Source of the DNA: Desulfobacterales bacterium
GTDB lineage: Bacteria > Desulfobacterota > Desulfobacteria > Desulfobacterales > UBA2245
NCBI GenBank assembly: GCA_040771865.1
Contig: JAXGZF010000007.1
Coordinates: 1-64,000, forward strand
Length of the DNA: 64,000 nucleotides
Direction: 5' to 3'
Position numbers and translations under genes: made by a program. This document shows, piece after piece, positions 6,575 through 16,456 of the stretch; the first letter of the stretch is position 1; each line of letters opens with the position of its first letter. A model generated the notes under the pieces. That model saw only the letters and a list, made by a program, of their open reading frames with translations, had not been told where the DNA came from and made no database searches.

Positions 6575-8482
6575 ATGAACCAGAACACTGCAGATCGCAA
6601 CGAAACTCGTTTGCTGGAAAGTCCGGACGGATCGGCGTCGAGACCGGTATCCGACCAAGATTCTCTGTTCTGGCAACATTTTGCTCAGGCCAAGACTCCC
6701 AAGGCCTTCTGCCAGAGCTGGCTGCCCCTGCAATGCGGCATGTTGAGAAGCGTCAAGCACGCCATTGTGCTGATAGGAAACCCCGACCAAGGTCCTTACA
6801 CTCCGGTCGCGGTATGGCCGGATGCCAAACTCAGCATGAGCCACCTTGCCGGAACCGCCGAACGCTCCATCCGCGAAAGACGCGGCCTGCTGGTGGACAA
6901 AAACGGCGGCCCCCCTGCCGTCAAGGGCGCTTCCGAAACCTGCCAGATTGCCTATCCCATCGAGGTGGCCGGCAAGATTCACGGCGTGGTCGTCATGGAA
7001 GTCGAAGCGCCTTTCAAACAGGACGTCCAGGCCCTGATGCGCCAGCTCCACTGGGGCGCCGCATGGCTCGAGGTTCTCATCCGGCGCAGGGAGTCGGCCC
7101 GGAACGCGGAAGAAAGCGAACGGCTTCGCAACGTCATGGACCTGACGGTCAGCATGGTGGAGCATGATCAATTCTATCCCTCCGCCATGGCCTTGGTCAC
7201 CCGTCTGGCCACGGTGCTGGACTGCGACCGGGTCAGCCTGGGAGTGCTCAAGGGCAACCATGTCAAGGTCGCGGTGTTGAGCCACAGCGCGGATTTCAGC
7301 GAACAGACCAACCTCGCCCGGGCCATCGGTCTGGCCATGGACGAAGCCGTCGATCAGAAGGCCGCGATCAACTACCCTGCCGGACCCGAAGAGAGCCCCC
7401 TTTTCACGCGTGCCCACGCGGAACTTGAACGGCTGATGGGCTCCGGTTCGATTCTGACCATTCCTTTGGTGGAAAACGAGTGCATCATCGGCGCATTGAC
7501 CCTTGAACGCTCCGCGCAAAAGCCTTTTGACCGACAGACGGTGGAATTCTGCCAGAGCGCGGCCGGCATTCTGGCGCCTATTCTGGAGATCAAGCGGCGG
7601 GAGGATCGCTGGCTGATCCGCAAGGCGTCCGAATCCCTGTCGATACAACTGAAACGATTTCTGGGTCCGGGATATCTGATCCGAAAGCTGGTCGCCGCCG
7701 CACTGATTGTCCTGGTCGTATTTTTCGCTCTGTTCAAGGTCGATTATCGGGTAACCGCGGACAGCGCCATCGAGGGCGAAGTCAAAAGGGCGATCGCCGC
7801 CCCGTTCAACGGCTACATCAAAGAGGCGCCCATCCGGGCCGGGGACGTGATCATGAAAGGACAGGTAATCTGCCTCCTGGATGACCGGGACCTGAAGCTG
7901 GAACGTTTCAAATGGGCCACCGAACGGGAGCAGACGACCAAACAGTACCACGAAGCCATGGCCAAGCACGATCGGCCCAACATCCAGATCACGAAGGCCA
8001 AGATCGGTCAGGCCGAGGCACAGATCGATCTGCTGGATGAACAGCTTTCACGCATCAAGATGACGGCCCCCTTCGATGCGGTGGTGATCAGCGGAGATTT
8101 GAGCCAATCGCTGGGCGCCCCGGTCGAGCGGGGCCAGGTGCTCTTCGAGGTGGCCCCTCTGGACGAGTATCGCGTGATCATCGAGGTCGACGAACGGGAT
8201 ATCGCCGACATTCAGGTGGGTCAGAAAAGCGAATTGATCTTTCCCTCCATTTCCGGAGAGACCTTTCCCTTTATCGTGCGGAAAATCACGCCGGTAACCA
8301 TTTCCAGGGAGGGTCGCAACTATTTCCGCGTGGAAGGACAGCTCGAGAAGGCGACCGAGCGCCTGCGGCCCGGCATGGAAGGTGTGGGAAAAGTCACCGT
8401 GGATCGGCGGCGGCTGATCTGGGTGTGGAGCCACAAGGCAATCGACTGGGTACGCCTCAAACTGTGGCAATGGATGCCCTGA
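6575..8482 (+). CDS. GAF-domain HlyD-family membrane fusion (periplasmic adaptor) protein
   Basis: GAF-like region (CDRVSLG...AMDEAVDQ...ILTIPL...IGALTLER), one TM helix, lipoyl half-motifs (APFNGYI...GD; APFDAVVISGD...GAPVERGQVLFEVA), LRPGMEG. Confidence 0.85.
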   Translation: MNQNTADRNETRLLESPDGSASRPVSDQDSLFWQHFAQAKTPKAFCQSWLPLQCGMLRSVKHAIVLIGNPDQGPYTPVAVWPDAKLSMSHLAGTAERSIRERRGLLVDKNGGPPAVKGASETCQIAYPIEVAGKIHGVVVMEVEAPFKQDVQALMRQLHWGAAWLEVLIRRRESARNAEESERLRNVMDLTVSMVEHDQFYPSAMALVTRLATVLDCDRVSLGVLKGNHVKVAVLSHSADFSEQTNLARAIGLAMDEAVDQKAAINYPAGPEESPLFTRAHAELERLMGSGSILTIPLVENECIIGALTLERSAQKPFDRQTVEFCQSAAGILAPILEIKRREDRWLIRKASESLSIQLKRFLGPGYLIRKLVAAALIVLVVFFALFKVDYRVTADSAIEGEVKRAIAAPFNGYIKEAPIRAGDVIMKGQVICLLDDRDLKLERFKWATEREQTTKQYHEAMAKHDRPNIQITKAKIGQAEAQIDLLDEQLSRIKMTAPFDAVVISGDLSQSLGAPVERGQVLFEVAPLDEYRVIIEVDERDIADIQVGQKSELIFPSISGETFPFIVRKITPVTISREGRNYFRVEGQLEKATERLRPGMEGVGKVTVDRRRLIWVWSHKAIDWVRLKLWQWMP

Positions 8483-8526
8483 CCGGCTGATGGCGGCAAA
8501 AAGCAAAAGATGAAGACCGAACGCCC

Positions 8527-10674
8527 ATGACCGATTCCCTCTACAGCCCTTCCTGGTATCGTGTGGCAAGCCTGAAGCCACGCCTTCGGGGACATGTGCA
8601 GATTCATCGCCACCACTACCGCGGCGAACTCTGGTACGTGCTCCAGGATCACCTGTCCGGCCGCCTTCAGCGGTTTACGCCTATGGCCTATCAGCTCATC
8701 GGAATGATGGACGGCAAGCGGACCGTGCGGGAGATCTGGGAGCATGCCTGCGCCACGCTTCAAGCCGACGCGCCGACCCAGGAGGACATGATCCGCATCC
8801 TGAGCCAGCTCCACGCCGCCGATGCCCTGCAGTCGGACGTGGTTCCAGACACCGCCGAAATGCTGAAACGGTTCGAAAAGCAGCGCTACAAGAAGTGGAA
8901 GCAAAACCTGCGCAGCCCGTTGTTCATGCGGTTTCCCCTGCTCGATCCGGAACGGTTTCTGATCAGATTTCAATTCCTGGTACACCCCTTTTTCAGCTGG
9001 TGGGGACTGATCCTCTGGCTGGCGGTGGTAAGCGCGGGCGTCTTTCTGGTCGGCGTTCACTGGTCCGAGCTGACGCTGAACATGACCGACCGCATCCTCT
9101 CTCCCGGCAACCTGGTGGTCATGTGGTTGACCTTTCCTTTTCTCAAGGCCTTTCACGAATTCGCCCACGCCTTTGCCGTCAAGCTCAAAGGCGGCGAGGT
9201 GCACGAGATGGGGATCATGATGCTGGTGTTCACCCCCATCCCCTACGTGGATGCATCGTCCGCTTCCGGATTCCGGGAAAAGCGCAGCCGCGTGTTCGTG
9301 GGCGCGGCCGGACTGATGGTGGAAATCTTCATCGCGGCCCTGGCTGTTTTCGCCTGGGTCAACATGGAACCCGGCCCGGTCCGCTCCGTGGCCTACAACG
9401 TCATCTTCATCGCCGGCGTCTCATCGCTGTTCTTCAACGGCAACCCGCTGCTGCGCTATGATGCATACTACGTTCTGTCAGATGTCCTGGAAATTCCGAA
9501 TCTCGGGACCCGAGGCATCCGATACATGCTCTATCTGATCCAGCGCTACCTTCTCGGCATCAAGCAGGCCGAACCGCCCCTTTACAGCCAAGGCGAGCGC
9601 TTCTGGTTCGCTGCATATACCATTTCTTCGACCATCTACCGGCTCTTCGTCTATGCGGCCATCATCCTCTTCGTAGCCAGCAAATTTTTCTTCATCGGCG
9701 TTCTTTTCGCCTGCGTGGGAGTGGTAAACATGTTCGCCCTGCCGGCTTACAAAGCCGTCAAATTTCTATCCACTTCGCCGATGCTGGCCCGCACCCGTCC
9801 CCGGGCGGTTCTGGTGACAGGACTGATCGTCGTCCTTGGAGCGGCCATGATCGGCATCGTTCCGGTTCCCCTGGCCACCCTGACCGAAGGCGTGATGTGG
9901 CTGCCGGAAGAAACTTTCGTACGTGCCGGAACTGATGGGTTCGTAGAACGCATCCTCGCCGAGCCGGGCAAACCGGTGAAACGCGGTGACCCGCTGGTCG
10001 AATGCTCCGACCCGCTGCTGCCGGCCCAGATCCGTCTCCTGGAGGCTCAGAAGCGCGAGATGGAAGTAGTCTACGATACGCATTTGATTTCCGACAAGGT
10101 CAAGGCCGAAATTGCCAGAGAAGAAATCGAACACATTGCCGTCAAGCTCGAAGATGCCCGGGAAAGACTGGGTGATCTGACGATCCACAGCAGCACGGAC
10201 GGAATCTTCATTCTGCCGATGGCCGACGATCTGCCGTCCTCGTTTGTCCAGCGCGGCCGGTTGATCGGCTATGTGGTGAGCCGTTCCACGGTGTCCGCCC
10301 GGGTCGTGGTTTCCCAGGCAGATGTGGATCTGGTGCGGCAGCGAACCCGTCAGGTCAGCGTGCGGCTGCCGGAGCAGCTGTCGAAAATCCTGCCGGCGGA
10401 GCTGCAGCGTGAGGTTCCGGCGGCCACGGATCAGCTCCCGGGCATGGTTCTGAGCCAGGAAGGCGGGGGCAAGATCGCGACCGACCCCCGCGAGGGTTTC
10501 GGCAACAAGGCGTTTCAGAAAATCTTTCTTTTCGACATCACCCTCCCCTCCCATGCGGGTATCTATCATGTCGGCGGAAGGGTGCATGTCCGGTTTGATC
10601 ACGGAATGGAGCCGATCGGTTTTCGATGGTACAGGGGGTTGCGGCAGCTGTTCCTGAAGAGGTTCAATGTATAG
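8527..10674 (+). CDS. M50 (site-2) metallopeptidase with N-terminal PqqD-like domain and C-terminal HlyD-like domain
   Basis: HEFAH (HExxH), FNGNPLLRYDAYY, several TM helices; N-terminal MDGKRTVREIW...ILSQL; C-terminal lipoyl/coiled-coil adaptor pattern. Confidence 0.85.
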   Translation: MTDSLYSPSWYRVASLKPRLRGHVQIHRHHYRGELWYVLQDHLSGRLQRFTPMAYQLIGMMDGKRTVREIWEHACATLQADAPTQEDMIRILSQLHAADALQSDVVPDTAEMLKRFEKQRYKKWKQNLRSPLFMRFPLLDPERFLIRFQFLVHPFFSWWGLILWLAVVSAGVFLVGVHWSELTLNMTDRILSPGNLVVMWLTFPFLKAFHEFAHAFAVKLKGGEVHEMGIMMLVFTPIPYVDASSASGFREKRSRVFVGAAGLMVEIFIAALAVFAWVNMEPGPVRSVAYNVIFIAGVSSLFFNGNPLLRYDAYYVLSDVLEIPNLGTRGIRYMLYLIQRYLLGIKQAEPPLYSQGERFWFAAYTISSTIYRLFVYAAIILFVASKFFFIGVLFACVGVVNMFALPAYKAVKFLSTSPMLARTRPRAVLVTGLIVVLGAAMIGIVPVPLATLTEGVMWLPEETFVRAGTDGFVERILAEPGKPVKRGDPLVECSDPLLPAQIRLLEAQKREMEVVYDTHLISDKVKAEIAREEIEHIAVKLEDARERLGDLTIHSSTDGIFILPMADDLPSSFVQRGRLIGYVVSRSTVSARVVVSQADVDLVRQRTRQVSVRLPEQLSKILPAELQREVPAATDQLPGMVLSQEGGGKIATDPREGFGNKAFQKIFLFDITLPSHAGIYHVGGRVHVRFDHGMEPIGFRWYRGLRQLFLKRFNV

Positions 10675-12664
10675 AGACATGACCCATCCGTGGGGGTTGG
10701 ACGGCGTTTATCCCGAACGGGAGGAACGTCGCAGCTCCGGAAAGGTTCACGGCCGTTCGACCGGTCTGGAAGGCTTTCGCGCCCGCCGGCGGCGGCCTAG
10801 TCCTAAAAGCGGCCAATGGATCGTTGAGGCCGTCAAGACAGGCCAATCCACACTGAGCGATGCGACCGACGAGGAAATTCTCGAGGCGGCCCGCCAGTTG
10901 CGACCTCTGCTGAAAAAGCAGGGACTGACGCAGGAACTGGTGGGCCGGGCCTTCGGGCTGGTACGCGAAGCCTCCTGGCGGCACTTGCACATGGCGCATT
11001 TCGATGTCCAGTTGATCGGCGGATGGGCGCTGCTCAACGGCATGGTGGCGGAGATGGAAACCGGGGAAGGGAAAACCCTGGTCGCCTCCCTGCCGGCCTG
11101 TACCCTGGCGCTGGCCGGAGTGCCGGTGCACATTATTACGGTCAACGATTATCTGACCGCCCGCGATGCCGACTGGATGTCTCCTCTGTACAAGGCACTA
11201 GGGCTGACTGTGGGGACCATTGTTCACGGCAAGGACCCGGCAGCCCGGAAGGAAGCCTATCGCTGCGATATCACCTACTGCACCAACAAGGAGGTGGCTT
11301 TCGATTATCTGAGAGACCGGCTTGTGCTTTCGGACCGTCCCAGTCAGCTGCGTCTTTCGGTGGAGCGGTTGTATGGCGAGACGTCGCGCCTCTCCAGGCT
11401 GGTGATGCGCGGGCTTCACTTCGCCATCGTGGATGAGGCCGACAGCGTGCTGATTGACGAGGCCCGGACCCCTCTGATCATTTCCAGCCAGTCCGACAGC
11501 CTTTACGGCGAGAATGTCTACCGGCTGGCCATGGAGCTGGCCGGATCACTGGTCGATGGAAAGGATTTTCTGGTTTCCGAAACCGATCGCATGGTGGAGC
11601 TGACGCCGGCGGGCCGGCTCAAAATCGATGGCACAGATTGGGCCGAAGCCAGCCCCAACATCAATGAACAGCAGAAGGAGCAGCTCGTCCGTCAGAGCCT
11701 GACCGCATTGCATCTGTTCAAGCGGGACAAGCAGTACCTCGTCAAGGACGGCAAGGTTCAGATCGTCGACGAGTATACCGGACGTCTGATGGCGGACCGT
11801 TCCTGGGAGATGGGGCTTCACCAGCTCATCGAGGTCAAGGAGGGATGCGAGGTGACCCTGCCCAAGCAGACCCTGGCGCGCATCAGTTATCAGCGGTTTT
11901 TCAGCCGATACCTGGGTCTTGCCGGCATGACCGGAACCGCTCGGGAAGTGGCCGGTGAGCTCTGGTCGGTCTATCGTATGCCAGTGATCTCCATCCAGAC
12001 CAACCGACCTGTCCGGCGCCGGTATCTGCCCGACCGGATCCATGCCTCGTCGGATGAAAAATGGAGAGCTGTGGTGCAGACTATTTCACGGGAGCATGCC
12101 GAGGGCCGGCCGGTGCTCGTGGGAACCCGGTCCGTCGAAGCCTCCGAGCATCTGAGCGGCCTTCTGGAACAGGAAAATCTGCCCCACAAGGTGCTCAATG
12201 CCCGGCAGGACAAGGAGGAAGCGGAAATCATCGCCATGGCCGGAAATGTGGGACGGATCACCGTGGCCACCAACATGGCCGGACGGGGGACGGATATCCG
12301 CCTGAGCGAGGGTGTTACGGACCTGGGCGGGCTCTTTGTCATCGCCACCGAACGCCATGAAGCCCAGCGGATTGATCGACAGCTCTTCGGCCGCTGCGGC
12401 CGGCAGGGAGATCCCGGCGCCTGCGTCGCCATGGTTTCTCTCGATGACGAGCTGGCCACCGTGCATGCCAAGGGAGTGCCCAGGTGGATCGGTATCCTGG
12501 CGGCCAAAACCGGCATCGAATTCCTGTCGAGATGGGCGGGCGCCCTGGTATTCTGGTACGCACAACAATCGGCGCAGCGCCAGTACGCGCGCATACGTCG
12601 CAACCTGCTGAAAATGGATGACCGGATCGGCGAGTCCCTCGCCTTTTCGGGTCGACCCGAGTGA
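10667..12664 (+). CDS. Secondary SecA-like (SecA_DEAD) ATPase, lacking the canonical C-terminal wing/scaffold
   Basis: EMETGEGKT, TVNDYL..RD, FDYLRD, IVDEADSVLIDEARTPLIIS, GMTGTA, VATNMAGRGTDI, RIDRQLFGRCGRQGDPG; only 665 aa. Confidence 0.9.
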   Translation: MYRDMTHPWGLDGVYPEREERRSSGKVHGRSTGLEGFRARRRRPSPKSGQWIVEAVKTGQSTLSDATDEEILEAARQLRPLLKKQGLTQELVGRAFGLVREASWRHLHMAHFDVQLIGGWALLNGMVAEMETGEGKTLVASLPACTLALAGVPVHIITVNDYLTARDADWMSPLYKALGLTVGTIVHGKDPAARKEAYRCDITYCTNKEVAFDYLRDRLVLSDRPSQLRLSVERLYGETSRLSRLVMRGLHFAIVDEADSVLIDEARTPLIISSQSDSLYGENVYRLAMELAGSLVDGKDFLVSETDRMVELTPAGRLKIDGTDWAEASPNINEQQKEQLVRQSLTALHLFKRDKQYLVKDGKVQIVDEYTGRLMADRSWEMGLHQLIEVKEGCEVTLPKQTLARISYQRFFSRYLGLAGMTGTAREVAGELWSVYRMPVISIQTNRPVRRRYLPDRIHASSDEKWRAVVQTISREHAEGRPVLVGTRSVEASEHLSGLLEQENLPHKVLNARQDKEEAEIIAMAGNVGRITVATNMAGRGTDIRLSEGVTDLGGLFVIATERHEAQRIDRQLFGRCGRQGDPGACVAMVSLDDELATVHAKGVPRWIGILAAKTGIEFLSRWAGALVFWYAQQSAQRQYARIRRNLLKMDDRIGESLAFSGRPE

Positions 12665-12673
12665 CGGAGTTAA

Positions 12674-13510
12674 ATGATGTTCAAGCGCATGACAACCCTA
12701 TTACAAGCCGCGATTTTCCTGTTGATGCTTCTTGGCGGGGCCGCCGGATTTGCGTCAGCCGACAGTTCCGAGCCCGAGTTCGACGGGCTCATCGAACCAT
12801 ACCGGGTGGCGGAAGTGGGCAGTGAGGTGCCCGGCATCCTCGACAGCGTCAAGGTCGAACGCGGCGACATGGTCAAAGCGGGCCAGGTGGTGGCGACGCT
12901 GCGCTCGGGCGTCGAGGCGGCCAATCTGGAGCTGGCCAAAGCCCGGGCGGAAATGGATGCCAATGTCCAGTTGAAGCGTTCGGCTCTGGAATTTGCGAAA
13001 AGAAACAGCCAGCGCATGAAAGAACTGTATGATGCCAAGGCCCTGGCCTTTCAAAAATGGGACGAGGTGGAAACCCAGCGGATCATGGCTGAAAAGGAAC
13101 TGACGGTTGCCCTGGAACAGAAACAGCTCTTCGAGCTGGAACACCGACAGGCCGATGAACTGCTTAGACGCAAGACGATTCAGAGCCCGTTAACAGGCGT
13201 GGTTATGGAGCGCTACCTTTTCAAGGGGGAGTATGTTGAAAACAATCCGATCCTCAAGATCGCTCAGATCAATCCGTTAAACGTAGAAGTGGTGATGCCG
13301 GTTTCACAGATCGGCAGAATCAAAATCGGCACAAAAGCCACGGTAAAGCCCGAAGACCCCTTGGGCGGGACGCGTCAGGCGGTCGTCACCATCGTGGACA
13401 AGGTGATGGACGCGGCCAGCGGCACCTTCGGAGTGCGTCTGGAAATCCCCAATCCAATGCATGAAATTCCGCCAGGCTTGAAATGCAGGGTGCTTTTCCA
13501 AAAACCCTGA
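12674..13510 (+). CDS. Efflux RND/HlyD-family periplasmic adaptor subunit
   Basis: N-terminal signal peptide, VERGDMVKAGQVVA, coiled coil, IQSPLTGVV, DAASGTFGVRL...PGL. Confidence 0.9.
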   Translation: MMFKRMTTLLQAAIFLLMLLGGAAGFASADSSEPEFDGLIEPYRVAEVGSEVPGILDSVKVERGDMVKAGQVVATLRSGVEAANLELAKARAEMDANVQLKRSALEFAKRNSQRMKELYDAKALAFQKWDEVETQRIMAEKELTVALEQKQLFELEHRQADELLRRKTIQSPLTGVVMERYLFKGEYVENNPILKIAQINPLNVEVVMPVSQIGRIKIGTKATVKPEDPLGGTRQAVVTIVDKVMDAASGTFGVRLEIPNPMHEIPPGLKCRVLFQKP

Positions 13511-13586
13511 TTCCACCCTGCCCCGGTCCTCCGGCGCCTGGAGGAAAATTGATCATTATGAAGCCATCAAGCAGAGGAAATCGAAA

Positions 13587-14918
13587 ATGAGCCCTAAAAC
13601 AGCCCTTATGCTGATCATCACCGCTGTTTGGCTGCCCCTGATCGTTCCACCTCAGGAGGCTGCGGCCACGGAGACGCATGAGCCACAAATCTACACCCTG
13701 GAAGCAACCATCGCCGAAGCTCTGAAAAACAACTGGGACCTCAAGGCCCTGGAAGAAAAATTAACCCAGGCCCAGGAGGTGAAAAAACAGGCCAGAGCTG
13801 ATTTCCTGCCCCGTTTAAAGACCAGTTACTCCTATACCGGACTCGATGAGCCCTCCAATTACGAATCGAGCTATGGCGGAAACATCGCCGTCAGCTCCAG
13901 AGAGAGTTTCCAGTGGCGCAGCACCGTAACACAGCCGATTTTTGCGGGATTCGGTCTGATCAGCGCCTATCGACTCGCCGAACTGGGCATCGACCAGTCT
14001 GAAATGCAAATCGAGTTGAACAAGCTGGATCTCGCCCTGAAGGTCAAGGAAGCCTATTTCGGTGTGCTGGTCATGGATAAAACCGTCGAGGTGGCCCTGA
14101 AAGAAGTCGAATCTCTCGCCTCCAATGCCGAGGTGACCCGAAGCTACTACAATGCCGGGGTGGTGCCGGTCAACGATCTGCTCAAGGCGGAGATGGAGCT
14201 TGCCGACGCCCAGCAAAAACTGGTCCAGGCCCGAAACCAGGCGGCTCTGGCCCGCTCTGCCCTCAACATCATCCTGGCCCGCCCGGTCAACGCGGCGGTC
14301 GATCTCGAGGATATCCTGGTGTATACCACCGAGACGGCTGTCTTCGAAGACAGCATCGGTATTGCCCTGAAAAACCGGCCGGAAATCCGGCTCATCGACA
14401 TCGATCTTCAGCGCGCCGAGCAGAAGATCAGGCTAACCAGGCGCGGATACTATCCGGAGGTCAACCTGGCGTATGACTACATCAAAGAGGGTGACTCGGC
14501 CGACGTGTCCGGAAGCCTATATCATGACGAAAAACGGTGGCAACTCGCGGTGGCCGCTTCCTGGACCTTGTGGGAATGGGGTAAAACCCACTTTGCCGTA
14601 AGGCAGGAAGAAAGCGCTCGTGAAGAGCTCATCAAGACCCGCAAGGCCATTGAAGACAACGTTCGGCTGGATGTGCGGGAAGCCTTGCTGTACATTTCAA
14701 CCGCCGAACAGAACATCCCCACCACCGAGAAGGCCGTGTTGCAGGGTGAGGAGAACCTGAGAGTCACCCAGGAAGGCTACCGTGCCCAGGTCAATACCGT
14801 CTCCGACGTGTTGGATGCCCAAGCCTTGCTGACCCAGGCCAGAGTCAACTATTACAAGGCCATGTACACGCACAGCCTGGCCAAAGCCCAGCTGTCGCGG
14901 GCCATGGGAACCTATTGA
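13587..14918 (+). CDS. TolC-family outer membrane channel
   Basis: Signal peptide, YTLEATIAEALKNN, ARADFLPRL, QPIFAG, ALKNRPEI, YYPEVNL, DVLDAQ; duplicated OEP pattern. Confidence 0.9.
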   Translation: MSPKTALMLIITAVWLPLIVPPQEAAATETHEPQIYTLEATIAEALKNNWDLKALEEKLTQAQEVKKQARADFLPRLKTSYSYTGLDEPSNYESSYGGNIAVSSRESFQWRSTVTQPIFAGFGLISAYRLAELGIDQSEMQIELNKLDLALKVKEAYFGVLVMDKTVEVALKEVESLASNAEVTRSYYNAGVVPVNDLLKAEMELADAQQKLVQARNQAALARSALNIILARPVNAAVDLEDILVYTTETAVFEDSIGIALKNRPEIRLIDIDLQRAEQKIRLTRRGYYPEVNLAYDYIKEGDSADVSGSLYHDEKRWQLAVAASWTLWEWGKTHFAVRQEESAREELIKTRKAIEDNVRLDVREALLYISTAEQNIPTTEKAVLQGEENLRVTQEGYRAQVNTVSDVLDAQALLTQARVNYYKAMYTHSLAKAQLSRAMGTY

Positions 14919-15208
14919 ACAAGAGGTGTTGCAGTGAGCATGATCCGGTTCAGCCTTCAGGGGCTGAATTGAAATGATTCCGCCGATATCCTGATTTCGC
15001 CCCGTCAGATGAAGCCTGGAGCGTCAGTTTTATCTCATCACGAACGCCTGTTTCCTGTCCAAGGCCCCCCAAACAAACAACCTGTATGAAGCTATAAAGA
15101 CGATGGAACCAAATCCTTGACAGGATGGTCTCGGCTATGGTTAATTTTGCTTCATGTCCAAAGCCCAGATCGCCTGCAACCAGCGCGGAAGGACGAATTG
15201 AAATTCGA

Positions 15209-16456
15209 ATGACCGTTGCACACGAACAAGAGGAACCCTTGAAAAACAACATCCCCTTGAATGAACTCCAATCCCGCTGGCAGCGATGCCGCACTCTGCT
15301 TTGCCAATGCATGCCCGATGCCGGGGGCCTTCTGGTCTTCTCGCGGCTGAACATATACTATTTTACCGGAACCTTCGGAAACGGCATCCTCTGGCTGCCG
15401 ACGGAAGGCCGGCCGATCTTTTTCTGCCGCAAGGCTCTGGAGCGGGCCAGACTGGAATCCCCGCTGGAAATAATTCTGCCTTTCCGGTCGTATGCCGACA
15501 TTCTGAAAACCTTTCAGGGCAAGGGCGCTCCTATGCCGCCGATTGTCGCCGCCGAAATGAACGGACTTTCATGGGCACTGGGAGAAGCGCTGACCAAACA
15601 GTTCTCAAACCACCGGTTTGTTCCCGTGGACGGCGTCATCGCCAAGGTACGTTCAAGAAAATCCGAATGGGAGCTCGAAAAAATGCGTTACGCCGGAAGC
15701 CGTCACGCAAAATGTCTGCAAGAGCTCCTTCCGAAGGTCCTGAAGGTCAACATGACGGAAAGGCAGGTGGGACTGGCCCTCTGGCGAATTCTTCTCGAAG
15801 AGGGGCATCAGGGGCTTCTGCGGATGGAAAACTACGGGGAAGAGGTTTTTTTCGGACATATCTCCGCCGGAGACAGCGGCAACTACCCCAGTGTTTTCAA
15901 CGGACCCCTGGGGCTGAGAGGTGAGCATCCGGCGGTTCCTCACATGGGCTCGAGTGCAAAAATCTGGAAAAAGGAAGAGCCCCTGGCATGCGACGTCGGA
16001 TTCATGTTTGAAGGATATCAGACCGACAAGACCCAAATTTACTGGTCGGGGAATGCGGAAAGCATTCCAGCAAAAGTCCGCGCGGCGCATGACTTCTGCA
16101 TCGAGATACAGGAATGGGTCCGCGCCAATCTTAAACCTGGCGCCCTGCCGAGCGAGCTGGCCGCTCATTGTTTCACTCAGGCAAAATCAGAAGGATGGTC
16201 CGAGGGGTTTATGGCCCTTGGAGACAACAAGGTACGGTTTATCGGCCATGGAATCGGTCTTGCGATTGACGAATACCCCGTTCTGACAAAGGGTTTTGAC
16301 GAACCTCTCGAAGAGGGAGGGGTCATGGCCGTCGAACCCAAAATCGGCATACCGGGCCTTGGCATGGTCGGCGTTGAAAACACCTTCGAAATTACGCAAA
16401 ACGGCGGCAGAAGCCTGACCGGCGAAGCCTACGACATCATCTGCATTCCCGGATAG
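15209..16456 (+). CDS. M24 family (Xaa-Pro) peptidase
   Basis: Creatinase-like N-terminus, RSRKSEWE, DVGF..EGYQTDKT, FIGHGIGL, VMAVEPK, VGVENT. The start is ATG 15209 or TTG 15239 (GAGGA RBS). Confidence 0.85.
   Translation: MTVAHEQEEPLKNNIPLNELQSRWQRCRTLLCQCMPDAGGLLVFSRLNIYYFTGTFGNGILWLPTEGRPIFFCRKALERARLESPLEIILPFRSYADILKTFQGKGAPMPPIVAAEMNGLSWALGEALTKQFSNHRFVPVDGVIAKVRSRKSEWELEKMRYAGSRHAKCLQELLPKVLKVNMTERQVGLALWRILLEEGHQGLLRMENYGEEVFFGHISAGDSGNYPSVFNGPLGLRGEHPAVPHMGSSAKIWKKEEPLACDVGFMFEGYQTDKTQIYWSGNAESIPAKVRAAHDFCIEIQEWVRANLKPGALPSELAAHCFTQAKSEGWSEGFMALGDNKVRFIGHGIGLAIDEYPVLTKGFDEPLEEGGVMAVEPKIGIPGLGMVGVENTFEITQNGGRSLTGEAYDIICIPG

Noticed and set aside
10667..12664. Housekeeping secA or a secA pseudogene
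   Set aside because: Motor motifs are intact, the ORF is uninterrupted, and the context is the accessory exporter; treated as a secondary SecA_DEAD protein.
15209..16456. M24 peptidase as part of the export/tailoring system
   Set aside because: Separated from tolC by about 290 nt and from a common housekeeping family; no evidence of linkage beyond orientation.
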